Shown piece by piece: positions 28,701 through 42,900 of a stretch of DNA of 64,000 nt (positions are counted from its first letter, which is position 1; the number at the start of each line of letters is the position of its first letter). Source of the DNA: the human T2T-CHM13v2.0 reference genome, Homo sapiens. The stretch is taken from NCBI RefSeq assembly GCF_009914755.1, contig NC_060930.1; one strand, given 5' to 3'. The translations under genes were made by a program, and so were the position numbers. Below the pieces are notes generated by a model. The model ran no database searches, was not told where the DNA came from, and saw only the letters and a list, made by a program, of their open reading frames with translations.

Positions 28701-31700
28701 CAGCATTAGGGGTGCAGACGGCACACTGGGGGGTTTACACCTGTGACAAGAGGAGGAGGCCGCTGGGTCCTCCAACTACAGCTCGGTCCCACCTCCTCTC
28801 CACCAGCCCCATGGGCGCTGCCAGCAGGGACTGCCCTTCTGAGGAGCCAGGGTTGGGGAAGGGTGCAGAGATGCCCGGCCCTGTGCCCCAACCTCACCTG
28901 GGTGTGACCAGAGTAGCACGTACCTCCAGAAGAGGCTGGAGCTCAGGGGCACCCACCATGCTCCCAAACTACCTCTACAAAAACGAACAAAAAACTGCAG
29001 TGCACCTCTGTTGAGCGATATGATCTGATTGAAATATTTGTCACGCAGCACGCCCTCTTTCTGTGCCAAGAATCGCCACGTGCATGTCCCTTTTTTACTG
29101 TAATATTTATTTTATTTTCTTGGTTTTTTTAAACTGGTATGATAAATATAAAATTCAATAAAAGAAAAGCTTTACTGCATGCGTTTTTTCTATCCCTTAT
29201 TTTATCCCATGGTTATTAATGATTGTCATATAGAAGGGTGTCATTAATCGGATTTCCCTGACACCTGACACACTTGCCAACTGGTTCCATTTCATTTTTT
29301 CTACAGAAACAGAAGTGAAAAGGTCTTGAAAATTATCTGACTTTTCACAGCTTCTTTCATTCTTTCTAGTCCTTTCTTCAAAGATAACTGAAGGTGACTG
29401 GTGATTGTTGAGGACTCTGGATGAGAAAGCTGCTTTGTTTTTCCTGAGTGTGTTCTGTGGGTATCCCTCCCGCTAAGAGACTCAGCGTAGGAAAGTCTGC
29501 GTCTCACAGGAGGCCGATAGAGGCGGAAGCTTCCCTGTTTCTCTTTGTCAAAGAAACCCCTTTAGGGTGTCTTTAAATTACCATTTCCCCAAGTGCATTT
29601 CAGAGTCAGATTTATAATAACATAATAATTTATGTAGATACAGCTTGTTAAGACTACTTCTACTGCCAAAAAAAATTAAAAAATCACAGAACACCTCTAT
29701 TTGATTATGTGATCTAATTTAAATATTTGTGAATGTTTGATGAGGCCCAGTCATGCAAATGCCTCTTACTGTACTGAGAATCACCATGTACAGTTTCTCT
29801 AAGGTGGGGCTCCCGCCTTCCTGCCAGGAGACCTTAAGCTTCTTGAGAGCAGGGCCTGGGGCTTTTCTGCCACTTAGAAGGGACTGGTACGCAGTAGGTG
29901 CTGGGTCACCTTCCACGCGGACCCTCGGACCCTTGTCAAATCACTGGGCATGTCTCTGCTCCTCCCTCCCTTTGCCTGTTGTCAGAGCCTCACTGTGGCC
30001 TTGCTTGTTTCAGGAAGTTGCTGCACCCCGCGAGCCAGCAAGGACAGCTGCGGGGGCCCCAGCTCATCCCTCAGAGCTGCGGATACAAAGTCTGTGTATC
30101 CTTCACAGAAAGAGCGCAGTCTTGGAGCTGCGTGTGCACCTCGCTGTTACTAGCATGCTGGCCGAGTGCCTGGCTGAGCGGTCTGCCTGGGAGCAAAACT
30201 CCTGCTCCCCGAGTCCTCACTCACCCCACCTTTAGAAATACGCTCAGCCCTTCCTTGCCCTTCGCATGCTGTGGAATAGGCAGGGCCAGCTTTAGTCCAC
30301 CTGGAGCTTCGTAAGCTTCTCCGTGTGTTGACATCATTTGTTTCTGGGACTTTCTGTTAAAAAGAAAGTTTTAGGAATTGAGTGTTAGCCTCTTAAGCTT
30401 TCTTTTTTGCTTCCTTAAGCTTAAAAAAATCATCCTGTCACGTTCATTCCCTTTTTCTGCATTGAAATCAGATCATCAAAATTACTGTTGGCCCCACTGT
30501 GCCTCCAGCTGTGTGCGTACCCCCACCCAGCTGATGCCACGTACCCACCTGAGAGGGTGGGGGCTGCACTTGGAGGCGAGGGAAGCCTGGTGTCAAGCTC
30601 ATTTGTCTCCACCTGCGTGAACTGCTCCTGCAGCTCCACCCTCTAGCTTCGTCCACCTTCTGGTTTGGGTTTTTAAACTATTGTCTCTTTCTGAGCCTAT
30701 CATTGACCTGATTCTTGTCACCTTTCACTCAGATCCATGCACTTACTATCTGATAGCCTTGTTCTATTTCCTGGATTTTTTCTTCCACTGCCTTTCTCTC
30801 AATGTACGCTCATTTCTTGGAAGAGTTTGATGTTGACTGTTTGCTGTGAAACTAGCTCTGAACAAAGTTCACTGTGGCAATTGAAACAGTTGTTTAAAGC
30901 AACTTTTCTTTGAAAGATGCACAGCTTCTGATACCGGCCTCCCGCACTGCTATAAAATGCCCGGGTTAACACTGAACAACGTGAGCCACTGGACTGACCA
31001 CCACGTCCCCGCTGCGGACTCCCGGCCTAGACTTCACAGTGCCTTTGTGAACGCTTCAGGGCCGCACGTGGCATTCAGGTTTCCAAATCTGTTTTAGTTT
31101 GCAACATCTTTTATGTAGTTTCTTAGGGAAAAAAAAAAAGATTCTCTAGATTTTCTGTCCAATAGTTTCTTTCTGAGATTACAAAAAAAAAAATGTATTG
31201 TTCCTTCATCTATGTCAGAATCCAGAAAACTACTTTTATTTGGCCAATTCTAGAACGCTTTCAAAATGTTTTCTGCTACAGAGCACTTTCACAAAAATTA
31301 ACTCTTTTTCGCAACAAACCTATAAAATAACTAGCGCACATTTAGCTCTGAGCAGCGGAGGCTCATCTAGCACTGCGGCCTGACTCTGGGTCCAAGTCTC
31401 TTTGCCCTAGACCGCATTGGAACCCAGGGTCAAGGAGCTCTTCAAGTAAGCAAAACAAAGTCCTTTCAGAATAACTTAGAAGCAAAGGTCGAGATAGCCT
31501 AAGCAGATGACATAATTAATTTGAAATGGATTTGTTTATAAGTTAATAAAAAAAGACGACAAGTGGAGGGGACCACAGTTACCTAATCCACAAGACAGTG
31601 TTGTCACCACACAATACAGTCATGCAGGAAAATGGTTTTCCGTGAGGGTGTGCCTTGAGGCTATAGGACTTGGAAGTCATCTTTGAGGCTCGTAGTAGGC

Positions 31701-32425
31701 ATGAACTGGCGGTGTGTGGGATCCCACTGAGGAAGTCTGGACACACAGCTGGGCGCCATCTTGATGAGATGGCAGTGAGTAGACATGGATTTGTCCAGGA
31801 GAGACATTGCGGAAGAGGCAAAGACAATTCCAAAGTCTCCCAAATTCTTGGAAGATTCAAGAAAGACAAAGCTACCAAAAAGAAACAAGAGGCCCCCAGA
31901 AGCTTCCTGGGAGGGCAGATGAGGCTAGTGGCCCAAGCACTGAGCAAGCAGGGAGGAGGAAATTTGACCTGGGTGACTGCCTGGGAGCAGGCGCAGATGC
32001 TCCAACAGAAGGGCGTGCTCTGGGGAGCACTTGAGGTGGACAGAGGGCGCCGCTTCATCCATAGTTGGACAGACCAAGCACTGAATTATGTATTCTAAGA
32101 AATGCAATTCTGAACCAGTGACTGCTATTCAGTCTAATACAAATCATCAAACACAAATGAATATACTTCTAAGGCGGTACAGCCAATGTCCTCTTGCCCC
32201 AGAGGTAAGAATCGTTTTGCCCCAAAACTTTTACAAAAAAAAAAGAAAAGCTTGCAAGTCCTTGGAAAAGAATGATCTTCAAAAGAAAAATTTCAATCGG
32301 AAAAGAAGCAATGGGGCGATTAAAAAGTGGCTGTGACAACCACCCGTTTAAAGAGACAGTGATTCAGTGGAATGGTGGGCGTCCTCCTGACTTTCTGAGC
32401 CAGACTGAACTGACTCGGCACACCA

Positions 32426-32539
32426 CCACCGCCCTCTTCGACGTCTACCAGCTTCAGACTCAAAGGTTAGGAAGCAGAAAACCCACCGCCCTCTTCGACG
32501 TCTACCAGCTTCAGACTCAAAGGTTAGGAAGCAGAAAAC
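32426..32539. repeat. Perfect 2 x 57-bp tandem duplication
   Basis: ccaccgccctcttcgacgtc...gaagcagaaaac repeated exactly (32426-32482, 32483-32539). Confidence 0.97.
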
Positions 32540-33746
32540 CATGACATTCTTCGGAAGTAAAAAACAACTTGAGATTTGGGAAATTCGCCTGACTGGCATC
32601 ACTTGGGTGGTGAAGATTTTCTTTTGTCCCAGATGTATACTTTTTGATCTGATAATAGCACTAGACAAATGTTCACGTGTGGAAAGAAAACTTCTCAAAA
32701 CGACCTCTGAAGCTTATATTTATTTATCTATTTGCCAAAAGGAAGCAGGCGAGATTTAAGGTAAAAACAAACAAACTGTGGCTTCTGCAGCGACATCACC
32801 TTTTGCTTATTTGCGTATTTTATGAGACCCTTGTTCTTAGTGTGGTTGTTGCCCAAATCTCACTCAAGGAGACCTCACCGTAAAATCCCCGACGTGCATT
32901 TCACAGAATAGACACTGCTGTCCTGTGACGCTTCAGAGCCTGCTGGTCAACAAAAACCAGAGAGAACGTTCTACACGCCGTTTTCTAGGAAACGAGTGGG
33001 ATCTGATCAGGTGGATCCTGACCTCGCGCTTGGCATGATTTGTGACTTTGGTGGCTCTCCCTGCAGTGTTGCCAAACGCTGCTGGGTGCGTCCCCTGCCT
33101 CACTGGCCCTTCTGCTCAGGCTCAGTGCAGCCTCTCCCGTCCACAGTTTCCCAGTCCTTAGAGTAGGGGCAGGATTTCTCAGAGTTTTCTCTTCTGTAAC
33201 ATACCAGATGGAGAGTCATTAAAAGATAGAAGTGTCTTTTTGATGTGTGGCCTTTGGGAGAAATTAGAATCATGAAAACTATTTCCGCTCTTCATTGTCG
33301 CCGCGACAACATGTCTCGAAAATGATAGAATTTTCTGTTATCACCTTTCTTTATCCAAAACTTTGCCAGATTGGCGTCCCAGGATAATTTATCCCAAAAC
33401 CCCAGTTTCTACGCATTTCTCGTGGTGCTTGGCTCCACAGAGCTACAGATTCCTGAAACGGCACAGGTTGCCTCCTGACTCAGGGCTGAGTGTTACAGCC
33501 ACGTTCATATTTAGAACGTGGCAGGAAAGGCCTCCAGTAGTGGACAGACACCCATCTTGTGGCTCTCAGACAGGTCATGAACCCCCTGAAAATCTCTAGG
33601 TCTCTAAAAGAGTGGATATTTTTTACAGTAAATTAACAGCAGCTGAATTCTCCAAGAAGACATGGGTTACCCCATTTACACTAAGAGTCCTCAGAATGTC
33701 TTTGAATAGCAACAGCAGCTGTTCTGTAATGCAAACCAAAGGACAG

Positions 33747-33752
<6 letters not shown>

Positions 33753-33791
<39 letters not shown>
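33753..33791. repeat. Pure T39 homopolymer
   Basis: 39 consecutive T. Confidence 0.95.
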
Positions 33792-33794
<3 letters not shown>

Positions 33795-34315
33795 ATGGTA
33801 GAGTTTTGAGTGGGCAATGGGGAATTCTGGGCGTCTGAGTGGTTTCAAGCCTTTTTCCTCTTTAAATAGCAGGTCACACTGGGCATGTTTCATTGCTGAT
33901 ACCAATTGTTTTATATCCTAACAGGCAACACAGACTGCCTTACAAGACACACCCGTGCTGACCCCCGGCCCCACCCCTGGCCGTGTTGAACTTGGGTGAC
34001 CATGCATACACATTATTTTCCACAGAAAGATACACACCACAGCTCATTAGACAGCCCATTGGGTTGCATCAGGTGCTAACAGACACTGCAGCTGTCTGAC
34101 CAGCAAAAATATTGTGGGCTTGCCGTAACGGTCATTTGGCTAGCTAGAATGTGGGGAATCTGATCTCTCTGTTTTTAGGAGATTATTTCCCATAGTTAAA
34201 GGAAGTCACTGGGATTGGTTTTAACTCCTATTTTGATTTTCTTCTCCTACAAAACACCATCCTCTCCTAATTTTTTTCATGCTTTTTGAAAACAGCTTTA
34301 TTGAGGTAAGATTCA

Positions 34316-34576
<261 letters not shown>

Positions 34577-34951
34577 TCACTCGCCTACAGTGTACAAGGA
34601 TTTTTAGTAAACCTACTGCAGTGTGCAGCCATCTCCATCATCTGGTTTCAGAATATTTTCATTGCCCCAGTAAGATCCCGCTGCCTATATGCAGTGAATA
34701 CAGTGAATTCCCATTCCCACTCCCCATATTGACAACCACCAATCTGCTTTTTGTCTCTATCAGTTTGCCTTCTTAGGACATTTTATATAAAAAGAATCAC
34801 GCCATCCTTCATGTCTGGCTTTCTTCACCCGGCATAAAGTTTTTGAGCTTCTGCCCCCTGGGGCACGTCTGGGTGGATCTTTCCTTTTGATTGAACAGCC
34901 CGGTTTCTTTTTTATTGGAGTGCAGGACTGATCACTAGTGAGTTGGTTCTC

Positions 34952-35155
34952 ACAGTGGTTCTCCACCGGGGCTGACTGCCCCCTGGGGACATTTGTCTGG
35001 AGACATTTTTGGCTGTCACACCTGGTGTGGGGGCTTCTCCTGACATCAAGAAGATAGGGGAAGGTGCTAAGCCCCCTACAAAGCACAGGGCAGCCTCCAG
35101 AGCTGGGAATTACCCGGCCCAAGTATCACGAGAGCCAAGGTGGAGGATCTTGCGT
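34952..35155. mobile_element. MER20 DNA transposon
   Basis: cagtggttctc...ggggacatttgtctggagacatttttggctgtcac...gaattacccggccca resembles MER20. Confidence 0.8.
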
Positions 35156-36276
35156 TAGACTTCACTGAATTTTCACTTACCACCTGGGTACCTGTCTAGA
35201 ACCAAGTGGTGCTCGATGTAAACCTCCTTCCCTTTGAGAGTGCTGCATGCTACTGTACTGGAGTTTTTGTTTAGTTTTTACATATATTTGAAATACAAAC
35301 GCTTTTGTGGAATTGATGACTTTTCTTACCATTTGGGTAAATTCTGGAATCTCCTAAAATATTATTGGTAGTATGCACTGTCCACGAGAGGAAGATGAGG
35401 AGAAAAAGAGTACAGCTCTCGTCTCCTCGTTGAGACACCACACGACCTGGTTTTAGCAACAGAAAAATAGCAAGTGGTTTGGCTGACGCAGGCTAAGATC
35501 CCATGAAGCCGCAGAAACGGGGGAAGCTTATAGTAAAGTCATCTAATAAAGTAAATCTAAGTTTATTCAGCAACAAGTTGCATTTCATTTGTTTTTGTGG
35601 TGTGAGGACCAGCGTTCCACATTCTCGTTATATTTTGCTAGTGCTGCTCCAGAATTTTGAATCTACTGTTATTCTTAATATGAAGGAATGAAGTTCACAG
35701 TGGGGTAGAGGTTAAAAGGAAACAGATCTAAAGAAACAAAACTGAAGAAGTTCTTATCATCCAGCATTTGGCACAGCATAAAATCCCTTTAGGAGCGAGA
35801 AGAAATCAGCCTGAATTAACATACTTTGTTTTATCTGAGACCAGGGACTCGCTGACTGCTTACTTCTTTTTCTCTGGGGTGGCTGAGATGCCAAGACATG
35901 AAATTCTATCTCTCAGTTCTTTGGAGCTCTGTGTGTTGGTGAATTAGAAACAAAGCACTCTGTTTGGAGCTTAATAACGTAAGAGGAGACTGCTGTGATG
36001 CGAGTCGGTAAACTGTAGTTGGCAGAGGGTACCTTTGGGGATTTGACAAATAAATGATGGCGGCATTTCAGCTGCTCAGGCAATCTCCTCTCCTGACCCC
36101 TCTTTTGCTCCAGTGGGCAAGTCTGCCTCGGCCCTGCGAGGAGGACATGGGGAGGCCATGGGACGCACTCCGGGGGCTCTGCTGCAGCCTTGGGTCCCTC
36201 CTCAACCCTCCTCTTTGTTTTGACACCAAGAATAACAGCACCAGAAATATATGGTGAGAGTAAACTGAGGGCAAAG

Positions 36277-36703
36277 CACACACAGAATGCATGCATGCAT
36301 ATGTGTGCACATGCACATATACACATGTACACACGACACATGCATCTACACGTGTGCATATGCACACACATACACAATACATGCAGATACACATATAGCA
36401 TGTGCACATATGCACAGATACATTCACACATCCACATGTCTGAATGCTTGCATACACATACTATGTGTGTACACACACAATAACATGCATACACATATAG
36501 CATGTGCACACACAATACATGCATACCCACATGTGTGCATACACGTGCAGACAGACATACACGATGCATGCATACACATATACGACGTGCACATGTGTAC
36601 ATATACACAATGCATGCATACAGACATACACACATACGATTCATGCACATACACATACAAAGTGTATGCACACTCATACAGGACTCACATACACACACAC
36701 ACA
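36277..36703. repeat. Degenerate (CA/TG/TA)n tract, ~425 bp
   Basis: Near-continuous purine-pyrimidine alternation; explains the His/Thr/Cys/Val ORFs in the track. Confidence 0.93.
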
Positions 36704-37584
36704 TTCTTCAGCATTGTTGCAGGCACTTGGACACATTCTGTATTCATCACTGCCAGATCAATATTGTGTCCTGTGTTACAGAGGAGGAAGCTGATGCCAA
36801 AAGAGGTTAAATAATTTGCTCCGAGCCACATAGCAGGTAAGTAATAGAGCCTGGGTCGAAACCACGTTCTCTCCAAATCTGAACTGCAAAGAGAGAAGCA
36901 GCACAAAGGAAGTGTTGCCTTTAAAAAGATGTGCCTCCACACGCGGGTGTTCCAGCCCAGTCACCCCAGCACCACTGAGCACCATTCACCTCAACGAGGG
37001 CATGGAATTCTACCCGAATGTGAGGCACAGTAGTGTGATAATAGACTTAATCTCTCTCTCTCTTCCCCCCCGCGCCCCCAGAAAGAAGGAGATGTAAGAG
37101 AAGCCCCCTGCCCCCCAGCACGTGTTTCTCTAAACCATTCCAGGAATAAGTAGTTTGCTTTCCGGCTGTGGGAGGTGGTGGCGATGGGAGGGGTTCTGAA
37201 TTCTCTGCGCACATCTCCTCTCTCCAGAGTCAGTGAGAGGATGAAGCTCTGAGAATCCCAGGGAGAAGAGTGGTTAGTGGTTGCTGTTACAGTCCCCTCA
37301 GGAGTGTGTCTGTTCTTCCCTGAAGGTGACATTCTGTCCCCCAGAAATGTTTGCGGCTGATGGAGGCCTGTGGACTCTCCAGGAGCAGGAAGCTCCCAGC
37401 TCTGTGAGAAGCTGTTACCTGTGAGAACTTGACGCCCCAGCTCTGCTCCCTGAACCCACAGGCTCCCTGGGCATAGCTGGGCTCACAGCCCCCAGGACTT
37501 CCCTTCTCTTTGTTTCTGTGATCGCGTTCTCATCCTTGGGTCTTTGGAGACATTTTATTTTGTAAATTCGAGGATTTCAACTGC

Positions 37585-37885
<301 letters not shown>

Positions 37886-39979
37886 ATTACTATTATTTTT
37901 TAAATGGGGACTCTGGCACTCAGGAAATGTTTATCCCAACTTTGGAGACATACTATGACCTAGTGCGCAGCCAGGGAAAAGTGACATCAGCCCTAAAAAC
38001 AGTGAAATTCCTCAGGCCACTCAGCCCTTGCCAGACGCTGGCTTCCTGCACGGCCGAGTGACTGGACTGCGAATCCATTCCACGCTTATTGACCACCTTC
38101 TCTACCAATGAACGCAAAGCATTTCATTTCTTCTTAATTTCAACAAATTTTAATGGACAAAAATTGTATATGTTTATGGCGTACAATATATTTTGAAAAT
38201 ACGTAAACATTGTAGAATAAGTACAAAGCATCCATTGTACAATTCAGTGAATATAATTAATAACAATGTATTGTATGCTTGCAAATTACTAAAATAGTGG
38301 ACTTTAAGTACTCTCACCACTAAAATATAAGAATGTGTGGCAATGCATATGTTAATTAGCTTGATTTAACCATTGCATGAAGCATTTTGATGAGTTTTTT
38401 AACCCTCATCCTATTGTCCTTAGGAAGAAGAGGTGCTTTTCACGACTTCTGAAAGGAAAGGAGATATGTCTCATTTTTACTCCAGAGGTCAGGATGGCCA
38501 CTAGAAGAAGGCAGCAGCTGCTGCCTCCTTCTCCCTGCCTGCCCACTCGCCAAGGATTTTTCAAGCCTCATGTCCTTCAGCATCAGGCTGAAGCTGCGAG
38601 TTCCATCCTCAGACTGCTGGGAAACTTGCTTAGGGTCACAGAGTTAGAAATGGCCTCGCCAGGTCGCAAACAGAGACCTGGTCCTGAAGCTGTCTGTGTG
38701 GTCCTGCCTGGCAGACCCCAGGTTTTCTGTGGCTTGCTGCCCTGTGAGGGCCCATGGAAGCCCTCCCCGGAGGGGCTGGTGGAGAGAGTTCTGAATTCCT
38801 GGGCTCTGGGATGTGAAGGGAGCGGACTGCAGGTGAGGGGCTGTCAGATTCCAAAATGCTGCCTGCATAAATGTTATTGAATGAGTGATTCATTCTGGGA
38901 GTGTGGGGTTTCGGTGACTCTGAGTCCCTGTCCTCCAAACATTTACACACTGCACCTCCATGTGGGCAGGGAGCATAGGTGCCCACCTCCCATTCCCTGA
39001 GATAGGGTTGATAGCACTGGCTAAGACCTTAGGGTGAAACACACGCCGGCGTGGGGTGCAGCGTTGAGGACTGAAGACGGAAATCCATATTCAAATAGCC
39101 ATTCTGAGGGTTTCTCTTGCAGAGGTGATTTCTGCTCAGATCTGGTCGGCACTTCATGGGTTTGGCCTGGACAGGCAGCCGACCAAACCTGTGCTGGGCT
39201 GGGGCCCAGCTCACCATTTTTTGGCTGGCTCTTTATTGTATTATATTTCTTTCAGTTTTGTTGCTGAAAGTTCTTTTGGGGGTTTTCTGCTTAAAACCAG
39301 AACCTGCAAATCCATGTAAGGGGGCTCCCTACAGTGGGCTGTGGCAGTGGCCGGGGAGGTTCCCTGCACACACTGCTGTGACTTCTGCTAATATGAGCAC
39401 TACTAGCTGGCACTCTAGGCTTCAGCTCATTTCTAATATTCTAGATGCAAACACGTACAGACGGATGTTCTGACATGTTATTTTGGAGACCCTTCTCGTG
39501 CTCTGCCTGCCCCGATGTAGGCTCTGAGGGGACCCTGGAGCCACCTTACCCTGCTGTACCCCAGAGCAGTGCTTGGCACAGGGTGGGCACTCTGCATATG
39601 CCTTTAGAGGGAGCAAGGCCGTTTGGGTTGAAATCACCTTCTCATGAACCCAAGGCTGACACAGTGGCAGGGAATAAGTACATGCGGAGTCACAGACTCA
39701 TGGTTGGCTGTGCATCCGAGCCTGTCCTCTCCATGCTGGAGTTCCCAACAGGCCAGAAGGGCCTCAGAGGGGTGGCCCAGACCCCCTGGCACACTGCACC
39801 CATCGAGTGTGAACAACTTCGCTGTAGATTAACAAGTGTTATGGAGGGGGGCCAGGATCCGGTTTGGGGGTCCTCAGATATGCAAAGAGCTCACTGAAGA
39901 AAGAACTTTGATTATAGCTTCCCAAATGGGAGTTAATGACAAAGATACGGAGAAGTAGTAATAACAATAGTTACATGAG

Positions 39980-42900
39980 CAGTGCAGTAGCAGTGGCAGT
40001 AATAGTAGTGGTAGTAGCAGCGGTTGCAGTAGCTGTGGCAGGAGGAGTAGCAGCATCAGCAGTTGCCGTAGCTGTGGCAGGAGGAGTAGCAGCAGCAGCA
40101 GTTGCCGTAGCTGTGGCAGGAGGAGTAGCAGCAGCAGCAGTTGCCGTAGCTGTGGCAGGAGGAGTAGCAGCAGCAGCAGTTGCCGTAGCTGTGGCAGGAG
40201 GAGTAGCAGCAGCAGCAGTTGCCGTAGCTGTGGCAGGAGGAGTAGCAGCATCAGCAGTTGCAGTAGCTGTGGCAGGAGTAGCAGCATCAGCAGTTGCAGT
40301 AGCTGTGGCAGGAGGAGTAGCAGCATCAGCAGTTGCAGTAGCTGTGGCAGGAGGAGTAGCAGCATCAGCAGTTGCAGTAGCTGTGGCAGGAGGAGTAGCA
40401 GCATCAGCAGTTGCAGTAGCTGTGGCAGGAGGAGTAGCAGCATCAGCAGTTGCAGTAGCTGTGGCAGGAGGAGTAGCAGCAGCAGCAGTTGCAGTAGCTG
40501 TGGCAGGAGGAGTAGCAGCATCAGCAGTTGCAGTAGCTGTGGCAGGAGGAGTAGCAGCATCAGCAGTTGCAGTAGCTGTGGCAGGAGTAGCAGCAGCAGC
40601 AGTTGCAGTAGCTGTGGCAGGAGTAGCAGCATCAGCAGTTGCAGTAGCTGTGGCAGGAGGAGTAGCAGCAGCAGCAGTTGCAGTAGCTGTGGCAGGAGGA
40701 GTAGCAGCATCAGCAGTTGCAGTAGCTGTGGCAGGAGGAGTAGCAGCATCAGCAGTTGCAGTAGCTGTGGCAGGAGTAGCAGCAGCAGCAGTTGCAGTAG
40801 CTGTGGCAGGAGTAGCAGCATCAGCAGTTGCAGTAGCTGTGGCAGGAGGAGTAGCAGCAGGAGCAGTTGCCGTAGCTGTGGCAGGAGGAGTAGCAGCAGT
40901 TGCAGTAGCTGTGGCAGGAGGAGTAGCAGCAACAGCAGTTGCAGTAGCTGTGGCAGGAGGAGTAGCAGCATCAGCAGTTGCAGTAGCTGTGGCAGGAGTA
41001 GCAGCAGCAGCTGTTGCAGTAGCTGTGGCAGGAGGAGTAGCAGCAGCAGCAGTTGCAGTAGCTGTGGCAGGAGGATTAGCAGCATCAGCAGTTGCAGTAG
41101 CTGTGGCAGGAGTAGCAGCATCAGTAGTTGCAGTAGCTGTGGCAGGAGGAGTAGCAGCAGCAGCAGTTGCCGTAGCTGTGGCAGGAGGAGTAGCAGCAGT
41201 TGCAGTAGCTGTGGCAGGAGGAGTAGCAGCAACAGCAGTTGCAGTAGCTGTGGCAGGAGGAGTAGCAGCATCAGCAGTTGCAGTAGCTGTGGCAGGAGTA
41301 GCAGCAGCAGCAGTTGCAGTAGCTGTGGCAGGAGGAGTAGCAGCATCAGCAGTTGCAGTAGCTGTGGCAGGAGGAGTAGCAGCATCAGCAGTTGCAGTAG
41401 CTGTGGCAGGAGGAGTAGCAGCATCAGCAGTTGCAGTAGCTGTGGCAGGAGGAGTAGCAGCAGTTGCAGTAGCTGTGGCAGGAGTAGCAGCAGCAGCTGT
41501 TGCAGTAGCTGTGGCAGGAGGAGTAGCAGCATCAGCAGTTGCAGTAGCTGTGGCAGGAGGAGTAGCAGCATCAGCAGTTGCAGTAGCTGTGGCAGGAGTA
41601 GCAGCATCAGTAGTTGCAGTAGCTGTGGCAGGAGGAGTAGCAGCATCAGCAGTTGCAGTAGCTGTGGCAGGAGGAGTAGCAGCATCAGCAGTTGCAGTAG
41701 CTGTGGCAGGAGGAGTAGCAGCAGTTGCAGTAGCTGTGGCAGGAGGAGTAGCAGCATCAGCAGTTGCAGTAGCTGTGGCAGGAGGAATAGCAGCATCAGC
41801 AGTTGCAGTAGCTGTGGCAGGAGGAGTAGCAGCATCAGCAGTTGCAGTAGCTGTGGCAGGAGGAGTAGCAGCATCAGCAGTTGCAGTAGCTGTGGCAGGA
41901 GGAGTAGCAGCATCAGCAGTTGCAGTAGCTGTGGCAGGAGGAGTAGCAGCATCAGCAGTTGCAGTAGGTGTGGCAGGAGTAGCAGCATCAGCAGTTGCAG
42001 TAGCTGTGGCAGGAGGAGTAGCAGCAGCAGCAGTTGCAGTAGCTGTGGCAGGAGGAGTAGCAGCAGTAGCAGTTGCAGTAGCTGTGGCAGGAGGAGTAGC
42101 AGCATCAGCAGTTGCAGTAGCTGTGGCAGGAGGAGTAGCAGCATCAGCAGTTGCAGTAGCTGTGGCAGGAGGAGTAGCAGCATCAGTAGTTGCAGTAGCT
42201 GTGGCAGGAGGAGTAGCAGCAGCAGCAGTTGCAGTAGGTGTGGCAGGAGGAGTAGCAGCAGTTGCAGTAGCTGTGGCAGGAGGAGTAGCAGCAGTTGCAG
42301 TAGCTGTGGCAGGAGGAGTAGCAGCAGTTGCAGTAGCTGTGGCAGGAGGAGTAGCAGCAGTTGCAGTAGCTGTGGCAGGAGGAGTAGCAGCATCAGCAGT
42401 TGCAGTAGCTGTGGCAGGAGGAGTAGCAGCATCAGCAGTTGCAGCAGCTGTGGCAGGAGTAGCAGCATCGGCAGTTGCAGCAGCTGTGGCAGGAGGAGTA
42501 GCAGCATCGGCAGTTGCAGCAGCTGTGGCAGGAGGAGTAGCAGCAGCGGCAGTTGCAGCAGCTGTGGCAGGAGGAGTAGCAGCAGCGGCAGTTGCAGTAG
42601 CTGTGGCAGGAGGAGTAGCAGCAGCGGCAGTTGCAGTAGCTGTGGCAGGAGTAGCAGCAGCGGCAGTTGCAGTAGCTGTGGCAGGAGTAGCAGCATCGGC
42701 AGTTGCAGTAGCTGTGGTAGGAGTAGCAGCATCAGCAGTTGCAGTAGCTGTGGCAGGAGGAGTAGCAGCATCAGCAGTTGCAGTAGCTGTGGCAGGAGGA
42801 GTAGCAGCATCAGCAGTTGCAGTAGCTGTGGCAGGAGGAGTAGCAGCATCAGCAGTTGCAGTAGCTGTGGCAGGAGGAGTAGCAGCATCAGCAGTTGCAG

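Noticed and set aside
31579-32098. Possible processed pseudogene (142-159-aa ORFs)
   Set aside because: No parent protein recognised, no poly-A or TSD. A tBLASTx search would settle it.
35913-36814. Cys/Val/His/Thr-rich ORFs up to 263 aa (also 17620..18282)
   Set aside because: Products of CA/TG low-complexity tracts.
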